Virus record (IMG/VR): IMGVR_UViG_2724679293_000007 | Coordinates: 1-64,000 of that record | Strand: one strand, 5' to 3' | Source: a virus | Lineage: Duplodnaviria > Heunggongvirae > Uroviricota > Caudoviricetes | Length of the DNA stretch: 64,000 nt | Shown here: in pieces, positions 1 to 8,679 of the stretch | How the letters are laid out: every line of letters starts with the position of its first letter | Numbering within the stretch: position 1 is the first letter of the stretch | Position numbers and translations under genes: made by a program | Notes under the pieces: generated by a model | What the model was told of the DNA's origin: nothing | Databases searched by the model: none | Seen by the model: only the letters and a program-made list of their open reading frames with translations

Positions 1-192
1 CGGGCGCAGGGGGTGGATGCTGCTATAGAAGCTGCAAAAAATCTGGTGGCCCAAGAATATGAGTATAAGGATTTCAAAGCGGCGCAGAGTGATTGCTGTA
101 TGTACCCTGGTTCAGACCTGGTAGGGAAGGTTGAAATGACTGAGTGGTTAGTTGACTTTGCTGCCCAGCTTCGCAAAGGAGGCAACCAGTGA
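1..192 (+). CDS. hypothetical protein, 3' fragment (gene starts upstream of window)
   Basis: Frame 1 open from window edge to TGA at 190-192; stop overlaps GTG start of next gene (GTGA coupling). Confidence 0.35.
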   Translation, partial: RAQGVDAAIEAAKNLVAQEYEYKDFKAAQSDCCMYPGSDLVGKVEMTEWLVDFAAQLRKGGNQ

Positions 193-917
193 GCGAAATT
201 AATTACCAGGCACTGCGTGAGGTGGCGGAACGTGCAATTCCAGCAATGGAACGCCTGTTAATGTTGCCAGCTGATGATGATTTGTTAAGTGAACAGGAAC
301 TTAAAGATTACGGTGTGGATATTGATGCGCTCAATGCCTTCAAATTTCTGACCGGACCAGAAACCGTGCTGGCACTACTGGATGAACGGGAAAGAAACCA
401 GCAATACATCAAACGCCGCGACCAGGAGAACGAGGATATTGCGCTTACGGTTGGGAAGCTGCGCGTTGAGCTTGAAGCAGAAGAGAAAACATCAGCAGCT
501 AGACTTGAGGCGCTCGACCGCACCCACAAAATGTTCCAACGGGAACAATGCAGGGCAGAGGCCGCAGAGAAGCGTATTGCTGAACTGGAGAAAAGCGAAG
601 AGCAACTCATTAACGAGCGTGACCATGCTGAGTCTGCTTTAGCTGATATGTATTTTGCAGCAACCGGGGATAGGCCTGAGTGGAGTAACTGGTTCGGTTT
701 TTCAGATGCAGTAGATGCCGTAGTTGACAGAATTGCTGATTTAGAAGCTAAACAGCCATCGCCAGTAGTACCTGAAGGACTGATTAAAGCGGTGCGTTTT
801 TATGAGCAGGTAAAGCGTGAGAATCCGCCAGTCGAAACCGGAGCATGGAAAGACGCTGTTGACTGGGTGCTCAAAGAGGCTTGCCAGTCTGTAAACATTG
901 GCATCAAAGGAGAGTGA
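189..917 (+). CDS. hypothetical phage protein (242 aa), coiled-coil rich
   Basis: ORF track; GTG start preceded by AAGGAGG; first gene of co-directional operon. Confidence 0.55.
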   Translation: MSEINYQALREVAERAIPAMERLLMLPADDDLLSEQELKDYGVDIDALNAFKFLTGPETVLALLDERERNQQYIKRRDQENEDIALTVGKLRVELEAEEKTSAARLEALDRTHKMFQREQCRAEAAEKRIAELEKSEEQLINERDHAESALADMYFAATGDRPEWSNWFGFSDAVDAVVDRIADLEAKQPSPVVPEGLIKAVRFYEQVKRENPPVETGAWKDAVDWVLKEACQSVNIGIKGE

Positions 918-918
918 T

Positions 919-1434
919 ATGGCGTTAACACACCGCGAACTCTGTCAGATTGCGTACAAGTTCCTTAAGCGCAACGGGTTCAAGGTTTGTTTTCATGACC
1001 GCTTTATAGCTGTAACCAGTACCGGAGAATAGCCAGATGCTATGGGATTCAGAAATTCAGCATCATGCCTGATAGAGGCGAAGTGTTCTCGTGCTGACTT
1101 GTTGGCAGATAGAAAAAAGCGTTTTCGTAAAAATCCGTCTCTTGGAATGGGCGACTGGCGATTCTTTATTAGTGAGCCGGGAATTATTTCAATTGAGGAT
1201 TTACCACCTGGCTGGGGATTACTTCACGTTGTTAACGGAAGAGTACGGAAAGTACATGGGTGGCCCAAGGGTAATTGCTGTTGGGGTAATCCTGACGATA
1301 AGCCATTTACTGGAAATAAGCAGGTTGAATGCGATTACATGTTATCTGCATTAAGGCGCATGGAGTTGAGAGGGCACCTTAATGAAATATATGACGGTGT
1401 AATTGTTAATAAGAAAGAAGGAAACGCGGCATGA
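919..1434 (+). pseudogene. PD-(D/E)XK-like nuclease-fold gene interrupted by in-frame amber codon (TAG 1030-1032); downstream part is ORF 1042-1434
   Basis: ATG 919 and ORF 1042 are in the same frame separated by a single TAG; joined product has D...E-x-K spacing (FHDRF ... IEAKCSR) typical of restriction-endonuclease-like fold. Confidence 0.4.
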
Positions 1435-1895
1435 TCACTATTACCAATAAGAAACAGTATCCCAGCGAGCAATATCTTAATGAGCTGATCACCAACATAG
1501 AGTTTGCTGCAAGGGCACCAGTTGAAGTCGTGAGAGCAATGGCAGCAGAGCTACAGAAGCGGCGCGAAGCTGATAGTGCAGAACCAGTTGCTTATATTTT
1601 CAAACATCCGGCCGGGAAATTATTCTGGGCTTTAACGGATGAAAGCAATAAAGAGCAAGCGGACGTTATTCCTGTTTATGCTGCCGCGCCTGCGTCGGTT
1701 GTGCCGGATAATGCATCAGAGCCTCTTGCTTATGCTTACAAAGAGCTTACGCCTGAGATTATGCGCAACCATTTAGCTGTATTCGAGCGATATGGAATAG
1801 CCCCAAACGATAGCACTACCACAATTCAGGCACTGCGAATCGCGCTGGATGGTATAGAGCGGAGCGACGCCATGCTTCAGGGTAAAGGAGGGTGA
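1431..1895 (+). CDS. hypothetical phage protein (154 aa)
   Basis: ORF track; ATGA overlap with upstream stop. Confidence 0.55.
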   Translation: MITITNKKQYPSEQYLNELITNIEFAARAPVEVVRAMAAELQKRREADSAEPVAYIFKHPAGKLFWALTDESNKEQADVIPVYAAAPASVVPDNASEPLAYAYKELTPEIMRNHLAVFERYGIAPNDSTTTIQALRIALDGIERSDAMLQGKGG

Positions 1896-1896
1896 T

Positions 1897-2106
1897 ATGG
1901 CTATTGCCGCAAGTTACACAATGCATCTCTATTGTGACTGCCGCCAGTGTACGGAAGGTGTATATCCAGTGCCAGACTTCGGTGAGTATATCGGTACGTC
2001 ATGGGCTGGCTGTGCAAAAGAGGCGCGCAAGGATGGCTGGCGAATAAGCAAAGACAAAACGCGTGCTTTTGCGCCCGGGCATAAAGTTTTGAGGATTAAC
2101 AAATGA
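1897..2106 (+). CDS. small Cys-rich protein (69 aa), possible zinc-binding
   Basis: ORF track; CxC..C..C pattern; GAGGG RBS. Confidence 0.45.
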   Translation: MAIAASYTMHLYCDCRQCTEGVYPVPDFGEYIGTSWAGCAKEARKDGWRISKDKTRAFAPGHKVLRINK

Positions 2107-2771
2107 CCACTATTACCAAAGAGCGACTGCTGACAATCAAGCAGTGGCGCGAAACATACGGACCGGGTAGCAACGTTGTACTGCCAGCAGAAGAAGCGGA
2201 AGAACTGGCACGGATTGCACTGGCATCGCTGGAAGCAGATCCCGTTAAACGAGTTAACTCAGATCAGATGCACCGAGTCTGCTTAGAAGCTAATCGCTAT
2301 TTAGATAAATATGACGCGATGGCGAAAGAGGTAAATAAGTTGCTTGGACGCATCGCCCCGCCAGCGCCGGTATTGCCTCATGAGTGGAGGCTGTCAAATG
2401 CACAGGCGTTTATCGAGCGATACTCTCCGCCTTCAGTGGAAGAAGCCGCACTATTTGCCTGGAACTCCTGCCGCGCCGCCATGCTTCATGGTGCCGAACC
2501 TGTAAGCCAGACTTACAAGTTGAACGAGCTGGCTGGCAACTATCCGGTAACTCCGGATGGTTGGATAAGCTGTAGTGAGCGAATGCCGGATAGCAAAACA
2601 GCCGTTCTTGTTGCCAGGGAGTTTGACAGGAAAGGTGACTGGCGAATGAAATGGGCGACTTACATCCCCGGGCATCCTGACGCTAATGATGGGTGGATAA
2701 TTCCTGGTGCGTCGTGGAAACCGTCACACTGGATGCCGCTACCAGAACCGCCGCAGGAGGTGAATCAATGA
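2103..2771 (+). CDS. hypothetical phage protein with DUF551-like C-terminus (222 aa)
   Basis: ORF track; C-terminal W..HWMPLPEPP motif recalled from DUF551 phage proteins; ATGA overlap. Confidence 0.55.
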   Translation: MTTITKERLLTIKQWRETYGPGSNVVLPAEEAEELARIALASLEADPVKRVNSDQMHRVCLEANRYLDKYDAMAKEVNKLLGRIAPPAPVLPHEWRLSNAQAFIERYSPPSVEEAALFAWNSCRAAMLHGAEPVSQTYKLNELAGNYPVTPDGWISCSERMPDSKTAVLVAREFDRKGDWRMKWATYIPGHPDANDGWIIPGASWKPSHWMPLPEPPQEVNQ

Positions 2772-2851
2772 GCTGGCCTGAAGCATTCACCACGGTAGGA
2801 ATTGTGATGGCGGCAGCACTGGGTTTGTATTCAATTTGTCGCTGGTGGTAA
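2768..2851 (+). CDS. possible small hydrophobic peptide (27 aa)
   Basis: ATG overlaps upstream stop (ATGA); MSWPEAFTTVGIVMAAALGLYSICRWW is one transmembrane-like helix; below ORF-track size cut-off. Confidence 0.25.
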   Translation: MSWPEAFTTVGIVMAAALGLYSICRWW

Positions 2852-2853
2852 CG

Positions 2854-3087
2854 ATGGGAAAAATAACTTTTGTAGTCGAATTTGAGGATGGTAAAGAGCC
2901 ACCTGTTAGCGCCAATCTTGATGTTGCTGGTGGCAGGCTTGTTTCGGTTCTATTTGGTGACTACCGAGATGATTTCTTCCAACCAGAAGAAGTTGATGTG
3001 GTGCGAGAGGCATTAAACGAGTTAAGTGTTGATAACGATGATGCTCATGCGGAAATCATCCAAAAAATGGAACTGCTAACTCACTAA
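2854..3087 (+). CDS. hypothetical acidic protein (77 aa)
   Basis: ORF 2836-3087 in track starts at TTG; in-frame ATG at 2854 with GGTGG RBS preferred. Confidence 0.45.
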   Translation: MGKITFVVEFEDGKEPPVSANLDVAGGRLVSVLFGDYRDDFFQPEEVDVVREALNELSVDNDDAHAEIIQKMELLTH

Positions 3088-3135
3088 ATTATCAATTATG
3101 GTGCTATCACCTACGACACCGAGAGAAAATTTATA

Positions 3136-3258
3136 ATGTCAAAAGTAAATGTTTTGATTTTTTCAGTAATTGTAGGTTTTGGTTTTTCTGCTGGAGTGCA
3201 TATTTATATTACGTGGGAAAAAATCATCAACTACGTATGGAGTTGTTTTATTAAGTGA
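3136..3258 (+). CDS. possible small membrane peptide (40 aa)
   Basis: ATG 3136 to TGA 3256-3258; MSKVNVLIFSVIVGFGFSAGVHIYITWEK.. single TM helix; AT-rich. Confidence 0.25.
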   Translation: MSKVNVLIFSVIVGFGFSAGVHIYITWEKIINYVWSCFIK

Positions 3259-3265
3259 GGTAAGT

Positions 3266-3559
3266 ATGTGGAGAGGTAATAGTCATGGCAAAAGCCAGAT
3301 GATACTTACCGAATATCAGTTTGACCATAAAACCAATAAATCACGTTCAGTATATTTGCTTCGGCACAATAGCCGCGTAAGGAATACCGTGCTGGAGCAA
3401 AATCTGACTGTTGAAATGGATAATTACGGGGGCTTCAAGCCAACAATTTCGCTTGATGATTTTCCTCGTGGTTTAAGCGAAAGAGAAGCAATGCTGAAAT
3501 TAGCAGAATGGCTACAAAGATTAAGCATTGCTATTGAAGATAACTGGTCTGAACCTTAA
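3266..3559 (+). CDS. hypothetical protein (97 aa)
   Basis: ORF 3179-3559 in track; start reassigned to in-frame ATG 3266 with GTGAGG RBS. Confidence 0.45.
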   Translation: MWRGNSHGKSQMILTEYQFDHKTNKSRSVYLLRHNSRVRNTVLEQNLTVEMDNYGGFKPTISLDDFPRGLSEREAMLKLAEWLQRLSIAIEDNWSEP

Positions 3560-3565
3560 ATTTAT

Positions 3566-3940
3566 ATGATGACACTAAAACATTTTCTTGACCGCCCATT
3601 ATGGGCGGCAGCAGCAGGCTATGACTTTAATTATATGGATTGCATGTCTTATACCGCCAATGCATACGACCATTCCTTCAGTCTGCTGTTTAATTCTTTA
3701 AGAATACTGCCGCAAACAGAAGTTGGAGAGCTTCATTTATGGCTATTGGGCTTTATCGCGGCTGGAGTTGGTATTGCTGTATGGCCTTTTATTTTCTGGC
3801 TGGTGGCTGTTGTAGTGTGGTTTAAGTGCAAGACATACCGGAGAAAGTATTTCTTAGGTGATGGAATGACTGATATTGCCAAAATGAACATTGAAAAATG
3901 GACTAAGGAATGTGAAAAGAAATGGCGCAAAAAGAAATGA
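3566..3940 (+). CDS. membrane protein (124 aa)
   Basis: ORF track; long hydrophobic segment LHLWLLGFIAAGVGIAVWPFIFWLVAVVVWF. Confidence 0.5.
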   Translation: MMTLKHFLDRPLWAAAAGYDFNYMDCMSYTANAYDHSFSLLFNSLRILPQTEVGELHLWLLGFIAAGVGIAVWPFIFWLVAVVVWFKCKTYRRKYFLGDGMTDIAKMNIEKWTKECEKKWRKKK

Positions 3941-4854
3941 CCAGAATCACTGAAGAGCGTATATCAGAGATTATTTCCCGTATCGAAATGTATGGTCACG
4001 GTGCTGGATATACGGCAGATGAAGTATTGGCACTTGCCCAAATGACTTTGGCGGCTTGCAAAGATGATAAAAAAATGAAGCTTATCGACTTGTTAGTGAA
4101 GGAGCTGCCTAAGTGCGGCGGGTGGCCTGATGGAATGAGTTATTGTTACCTACCCAGTGTCAATTTAATGGCACCATGCGCGACTTTTGCTTTTGGCTCA
4201 GACCACAAAAAAGACACTTTCTTTGGGCGCAATTTTTGTTGTGAGATTGAGCTTCCAATTGGTGACCTTGATAGCGATGAATACCAGTCAGTTGTCACTC
4301 GCGAACAATACGAATCAGCTCTCATAGCGTCGCAGAAAGTCGAGTTCAATGGTGATGAACTTGAAAGTAAGACTTACAGGTTGGATTTTGGGCAATGGCT
4401 GGAACAGCAACGCGGGAAAATCGATGTGGACTGTGGTTGTGTGTCCACTGAAACATTCATGCACTGGCTGCGGGTAGCTTACGAGGCTGGCAACTATCCG
4501 GATATTCCGGATAGTTCGGTGCCAGCGCCAGGAAAGGGCGTCACCGGTGAACGTATCCGAATTAAGCCGCATGTTTATCGCGAACTGGTTAACCGCCTCC
4601 ACGATACAGCGGTCAAGTGTGCTGGCACCCAGCAATTACGAGAAAGAATTAGCCGTGTTTTGGGCGACGTTATTACGCCAGATCATCATAAACAAGCCGA
4701 GAAAAGTGACCTGGAAAGGTGTCACCTTGAGGCGGCATTAAACATTAAGCCGGGGCATACGCTTGGCATTATTGATGCACTGTTGGTTCATAAGATGGCC
4801 AGGGCTTTATTGTCGTTGGTGGACGCTGGTGATACAAGCGAGGGTGAAGTATGA
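3922..4854 (+). CDS. hypothetical phage protein (310 aa)
   Basis: ORF track; overlaps neighbours at both ends. Confidence 0.55.
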   Translation: MAQKEMTRITEERISEIISRIEMYGHGAGYTADEVLALAQMTLAACKDDKKMKLIDLLVKELPKCGGWPDGMSYCYLPSVNLMAPCATFAFGSDHKKDTFFGRNFCCEIELPIGDLDSDEYQSVVTREQYESALIASQKVEFNGDELESKTYRLDFGQWLEQQRGKIDVDCGCVSTETFMHWLRVAYEAGNYPDIPDSSVPAPGKGVTGERIRIKPHVYRELVNRLHDTAVKCAGTQQLRERISRVLGDVITPDHHKQAEKSDLERCHLEAALNIKPGHTLGIIDALLVHKMARALLSLVDAGDTSEGEV

Positions 4855-5213
4855 GAGTTGCAGATCACATCAAACACCTTGAAAGAATTATCGAAAACGG
4901 TGAACTCTTAAGAGATCAGATGAGACGCACGGCAGAAGCCAGGGAGGCGATAATCCGCAGTCAGGCTGGTAAATTAAAGCAATTGTCAGAGATTAACACG
5001 CTATACAAGAACAGACGTAACCGGGCGGTGATGCGGCTTCAGAAAGCACGTAATGAAATTAAATTGGTGGAGGCAAAACTGAAAAAACAGATCCAGCGTT
5101 ACGATCAGCAAGATGCTTTTTATGCCGCCATCAAGGCGGCTGCTAATGAAATAGGCATCTGGAAGTTGCTGGTGGAGAAAGCAAAGACGAAGTTAAATGC
5201 CAACGAAAGCTGA
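4851..5213 (+). CDS. hypothetical coiled-coil protein (120 aa)
   Basis: ORF track; ATGA overlap; last gene of + operon. Confidence 0.5.
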   Translation: MRVADHIKHLERIIENGELLRDQMRRTAEAREAIIRSQAGKLKQLSEINTLYKNRRNRAVMRLQKARNEIKLVEAKLKKQIQRYDQQDAFYAAIKAAANEIGIWKLLVEKAKTKLNANES

Positions 5214-5288
5214 ACTACAGGTGCCCACCAGCACATACAGAAAATGATTGTTTCCACATCAAGGAGATTTTAATGTTTCACTGAAACA

Positions 5289-5426
5289 TTAAGTAAGCCA
5301 GTGCATAATTCCATTTTTTACTGACCTTAAAAGCAAAATCAAAACGATGATGAGGATAATAGCCAGAATCTGGCTAATAATAGGCGCATCTAAAAATGCA
5401 CTCAGGAACTGAAAAAAAGCGTTCAT
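5289..5426 (-). CDS. possible small hydrophobic protein (45 aa), candidate type I toxin-like peptide
   Basis: Minus-strand ATG 5426-5424 to TAA; MNAFFQFLSAFLDAPIISQILAIILIIVLILLLRSVKNGIMHWLT; AGGA upstream; sits in a 1-kb otherwise non-coding region. Confidence 0.25.
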   Translation of the reverse strand: MNAFFQFLSAFLDAPIISQILAIILIIVLILLLRSVKNGIMHWLT

Positions 5427-5468
5427 TCAGGTGGTTCCTTGTCAAATGTAAAGGTGCACTTGCTCACG

Positions 5469-5497
5469 TTGACGTAGAAACCCAACCCCTATATAGT
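5469..5497 (+). promoter_or_regulatory. sigma70-like promoter (TTGACG-17bp-TATAGT)
   Basis: Hexamers at 5469-5474 and 5492-5497 with 17-bp spacer. Confidence 0.3.
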
Positions 5498-5587
5498 TGG
5501 ATTCGGTGAATGAAAGTCGTTAACGTGAGCTTACGGCACATGTTTTCGGAAAAACATCAGGGAACGGCTAATTCCTTGATGCGGGTG

Positions 5588-5614
5588 GGGTCTGTAATGC
5601 AGACCCTATCTATT
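5588..5614 (+). terminator. possible intrinsic terminator (GGGTCTG-TAATG-CAGACCC then U-rich)
   Basis: 7-bp perfect stem, 5-nt loop, followed by TATCTATT; about 110 nt after the putative promoter. Confidence 0.3.
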
Positions 5615-6288
5615 AACGTCATGATTGCATCTCAAATTTTCTCCTTATCTTCAATTAATCTACATTCATTTCATCTGTTAGCCACCACAATATGTAGAAA
5701 ATGGCCCTCTTGCAAGTGCATAACTTTGTGGATAACTCAGGAAGGAAAAAGTGGCTTTCGCGCACCTTCGGTCAGACAAGGTGTCCGGGAAAGTCAACGC
5801 AAAGAAAAAAATTGTTAAAAATAACGTTTGTTGGAATTGTATATTTTTATCCCCTTCAATGGTTAGCATTCTATTAACATCTTTTTTTAGAGACAGAAAA
5901 ACATATCGTAACAACATATATACAGTGTTAAGAGGCGAGTATTATCCTGCGGTGGGAATTCTGGGCGCTGTTAGATTCGACTTTCTCAGCAGGATTACAT
6001 CGTCAACTTGCGACGTTGCCGTATGACTTTCGTGTGATAGGTGACAATGATGCGGCTAGTGAGTTACTTGTGAAGTTTTTCGGAAAAGGTTTTGTGGCCT
6101 CGGATCTTGATGAGCTACAGCAACATGAAGTGTCTAATTTGATTTTTAGCCATAGCCAATAAGCCTCCCTCCTCCATCAAGGCCACAATTTGTGACCTTA
6201 AACAATTTGTTTTCTGCTTTTTCTTATTTGAGAAAATAACGTTGTTGACAGCTAATAGGCTCGTTGTTGTTATACATGCCTGTATAGA

Positions 6289-6645
6289 TTATGACCGTAA
6301 ATTATTAGCGGATTTTAAGCCATATTCACCGTTGTAGAAATTACTTATGTTCCACTCATTAGGAAGTTCTTTTCTGTCCAATGTATAGTGGCGCACGATA
6401 TAACGATCTTCATCTTCTTCGATGGACAGGCGGACATAGCCAATGTGAATCACCGATACGGGCGGTGTTCGTATTGCATAGATGTCGCGGAGATATACCG
6501 GCAGCTCGACAAATGCATCAGGTGCATCTGTGATGCTCGTTTTTTCACAGTATTCATATAACGCATCGTTGATATCGTTAAGAGATTCATGATCGTATAT
6601 TTCCAGGTAATTACCGCGATAGCGATGGTACTCGACTTTAGCCAT
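6289..6645 (-). CDS. hypothetical protein (118 aa)
   Basis: ORF track; start ATG directly abuts stop of upstream gene (TGA-ATG). Confidence 0.5.
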   Translation of the reverse strand: MAKVEYHRYRGNYLEIYDHESLNDINDALYEYCEKTSITDAPDAFVELPVYLRDIYAIRTPPVSVIHIGYVRLSIEEDEDRYIVRHYTLDRKELPNEWNISNFYNGEYGLKSANNLRS

Positions 6646-6960
6646 TCAAAATCCCCTGTTATCGTTTTGCATTTCTCTAATCCGGTTCAGAACTACTTCG
6701 TGCTGGACTTGGATAGCGGCTTTTTCGTTTTCAAGCCGGGCAATAGACATCTCTAATTCTTTGCTGTACCAGGCGAGCCGGGCCAGGTTCATCCGGTTGT
6801 GGTCGAGAGTTGGAGACACTTCGACGCGATCCCTTTCTTCCTGCTTTAATGAGAAGAGATTCATCTCATCCCTTGAGGAAAATTCAGCAACAATTTCTTG
6901 TTGATGATCCGGTCGCTGCGGCATCCTCGCCAGTATAAATGGCGGTTCTTTTGAAAACAT
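6646..6960 (-). CDS. hypothetical protein (104 aa)
   Basis: ORF track; co-directional with neighbours. Confidence 0.5.
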   Translation of the reverse strand: MFSKEPPFILARMPQRPDHQQEIVAEFSSRDEMNLFSLKQEERDRVEVSPTLDHNRMNLARLAWYSKELEMSIARLENEKAAIQVQHEVVLNRIREMQNDNRGF

Positions 6961-7014
6961 GAATGTCGGTTCAGACCGTGTTTTTACCCAGCTTGCCTGC
7001 TGTCTTTCGGCAAG

Positions 7015-7230
7015 TTAACAGGCTTCATCATAGTTATCTGCCAAACAAAGCACGGATGGACGGTCCCACGCCCCACCATTCAGACAATAAACTACAATTT
7101 TCCCGTCAGGTTGTGTAACCCCATATGGATGGTCCCACCAGGCGTCCAGCTGAGTTTTAGAGCGTTTCTCGTTAGGAGTGCAGTCAAAATTTTTGGGCAA
7201 TACAGGATCGAGAGGAATGCGATTAGGCAT
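7015..7230 (-). CDS. hypothetical protein (71 aa), divergent from humD
   Basis: ORF 7015-7464 in track runs into humD promoter; start reassigned to Met 79 (ATG 7230-7228) with AAGGAA RBS. Confidence 0.45.
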   Translation of the reverse strand: MPNRIPLDPVLPKNFDCTPNEKRSKTQLDAWWDHPYGVTQPDGKIVVYCLNGGAWDRPSVLCLADNYDEAC

Positions 7231-7364
7231 AGCTAATTCCTTATTAACTGATTGGCAACGAGGTTGCGCTGATCCGTTGGTGATGAATAGTAGCAAAGAG
7301 CACAAAATCATCAGCGGTGGTTGATGTACGTAACGCGTTTGCACCAAAGGTGTCTCTTTAATGT

Positions 7365-7384
7365 ATACTGTATAAATGAACAGT
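7365..7384. promoter_or_regulatory. LexA (SOS) box TACTGTATAAATGAACAGTA
   Basis: Perfect CTGT-N8-ACAG consensus 21 bp upstream of humD start, between divergent genes. Confidence 0.6.
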
Positions 7385-7404
7385 ATTATTGGGGTGAAAA
7401 CGCT

Positions 7405-7794
7405 ATGGGCTTCCCTTCTCCTGCGGCGGATTATGTTGAAAGCCGAATTTCTCTTGATCAGCAACTAATCAGGCATCCATCAGCAACCTACTTCATGCGG
7501 GCAGCTGATAGCCATCACCGTGAGGGAATATTGCAGGGTGCTTTGCTGGTGGTTGATTCCTCGCTTACTCCGGTTGATGGTTCTCTGCTTGTGTGCGCTA
7601 TGGAGGGTGAATATCGCATAAAGAGATACAGGAAGTATCCGCGCCAGCACCTGGAGGATTTAAGCACCGGGAAGAAAGAGGCGTTACCAGTAGATGACGA
7701 TGGATGCACGGGCAGTAATGCTGTTTTTGGTGTGATCACTCATGTCATCAATGATGCCCGAAGTGGGGAGTTTGATGATTGTCCGGTTATTTAA
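7405..7794 (+). CDS. humD: HumD, UmuD'-like translesion synthesis subunit
   Basis: 129 aa product MGFPSPAADYVESRISLDQQLIRHPSATYFMRA.. matches recalled P1 HumD; preceded by LexA box. Confidence 0.85.
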   Translation: MGFPSPAADYVESRISLDQQLIRHPSATYFMRAADSHHREGILQGALLVVDSSLTPVDGSLLVCAMEGEYRIKRYRKYPRQHLEDLSTGKKEALPVDDDGCTGSNAVFGVITHVINDARSGEFDDCPVI

Positions 7795-7835
7795 GCTGCA
7801 AAGGGCTGGTGCTTTATGCCTGTGAGGTTTATGAT

Positions 7836-7860
7836 TGTGTACACATAACGAGTACACGAG
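7836..7860. promoter_or_regulatory. phd-doc operator palindromes (TGTGTACACA / GAGTACAC)
   Basis: Two GTAC-centred palindromes just upstream of phd start. Confidence 0.45.
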
Positions 7861-7866
7861 GTGTTT

Positions 7867-8088
7867 ATGCAATCCATTAACTTCCGTACCGCGCGCGGCA
7901 ACCTTTCTGAAGTGCTCAACAATGTTGAAGCCGGGGAAGAGGTTGAAATCACCCGCAGAGGCCGTGAGCCAGCAGTAATTGTCAGCAAGGCTACTTTCGA
8001 AGCCTACAAAAAAGCGGCGCTGGATGCTGAATTTGCATCCCTGTTTGACACCCTGGACTCCACCAACAAGGAACTGGTTAACCGATAA
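7867..8088 (+). CDS. phd: Phd antitoxin (prevent host death)
   Basis: 73 aa [44 protein letters not shown].. as recalled for P1 Phd; ORF track starts at upstream GTG 7861. Confidence 0.95.
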   Translation: MQSINFRTARGNLSEVLNNVEAGEEVEITRRGREPAVIVSKATFEAYKKAALDAEFASLFDTLDSTNKELVNR

Positions 8089-8468
8089 TGAGGCATATAT
8101 CACCGGAAGAACTTATTGCGCTTCATGATGCGAATATAAACCGCTACGGCGGCCTGCCTGGCATGTCAGATCCGGGCAGGGCAGAGGCCATTATCGGGAG
8201 AGTCCAGGCCAGAGTTGTGTACGAAGAGATTACCGACCTTTTCGAAGTCTCCGCAACCTACCTGGTGGCTACTGCGAGAGGGCATATATTCAATGATGCC
8301 AATAAGCGTACCGCGCTAAACAGTGCGCTGTTATTTCTACGCCGTAACGGGGTGCAGGTATTTGATTCACCTGAACTGGCAGACCTTACCGTAGGGGCTG
8401 CGACCGGAGAGATATCTGTATCTTCTGTCGCCGACACGTTACGTAGATTGTATGGTTCCGCGGAGTAG
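8088..8468 (+). CDS. doc: Doc toxin (death on curing), Fic-fold kinase
   Basis: 126 aa [39 protein letters not shown]..; 1-nt start/stop overlap with phd. Confidence 0.95.
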   Translation: MRHISPEELIALHDANINRYGGLPGMSDPGRAEAIIGRVQARVVYEEITDLFEVSATYLVATARGHIFNDANKRTALNSALLFLRRNGVQVFDSPELADLTVGAATGEISVSSVADTLRRLYGSAE

Positions 8469-8472
8469 ATTA

Positions 8473-8652
8473 ATGGCACGTAAATACAACAAATTGTCCC
8501 GTGAAGCGTTAAAGATGCTTCTTGATGGCGTGAGTCGCCGCGAGGTAAAGCAATACCTGGTTGGTAAGCAAATTGGTGCCAGGACCGCTATTGCTGTGTT
8601 ATGCCGTCAGGAAATGGTTGTGCTTAAACAGAGAATGCCGGGCAGCAGATAA
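8473..8652 (+). CDS. pdcA: small protein downstream of doc (PdcA-like)
   Basis: ORF 8452-8652; ATG 8473 chosen to avoid overlap with doc; named by P1 synteny. Confidence 0.45.
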   Translation: MARKYNKLSREALKMLLDGVSRREVKQYLVGKQIGARTAIAVLCRQEMVVLKQRMPGSR

Positions 8653-8679
8653 AGCCCAATCAGTGATGAAAGGTGTGAT

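Noticed and set aside
3179-3265. N-terminal extension of track ORF 3179-3559 (TTG start)
   Set aside because: Overlaps the 40-aa membrane-peptide frame and lacks an RBS; the in-frame ATG at 3266 with GTGAGG RBS is the better start.
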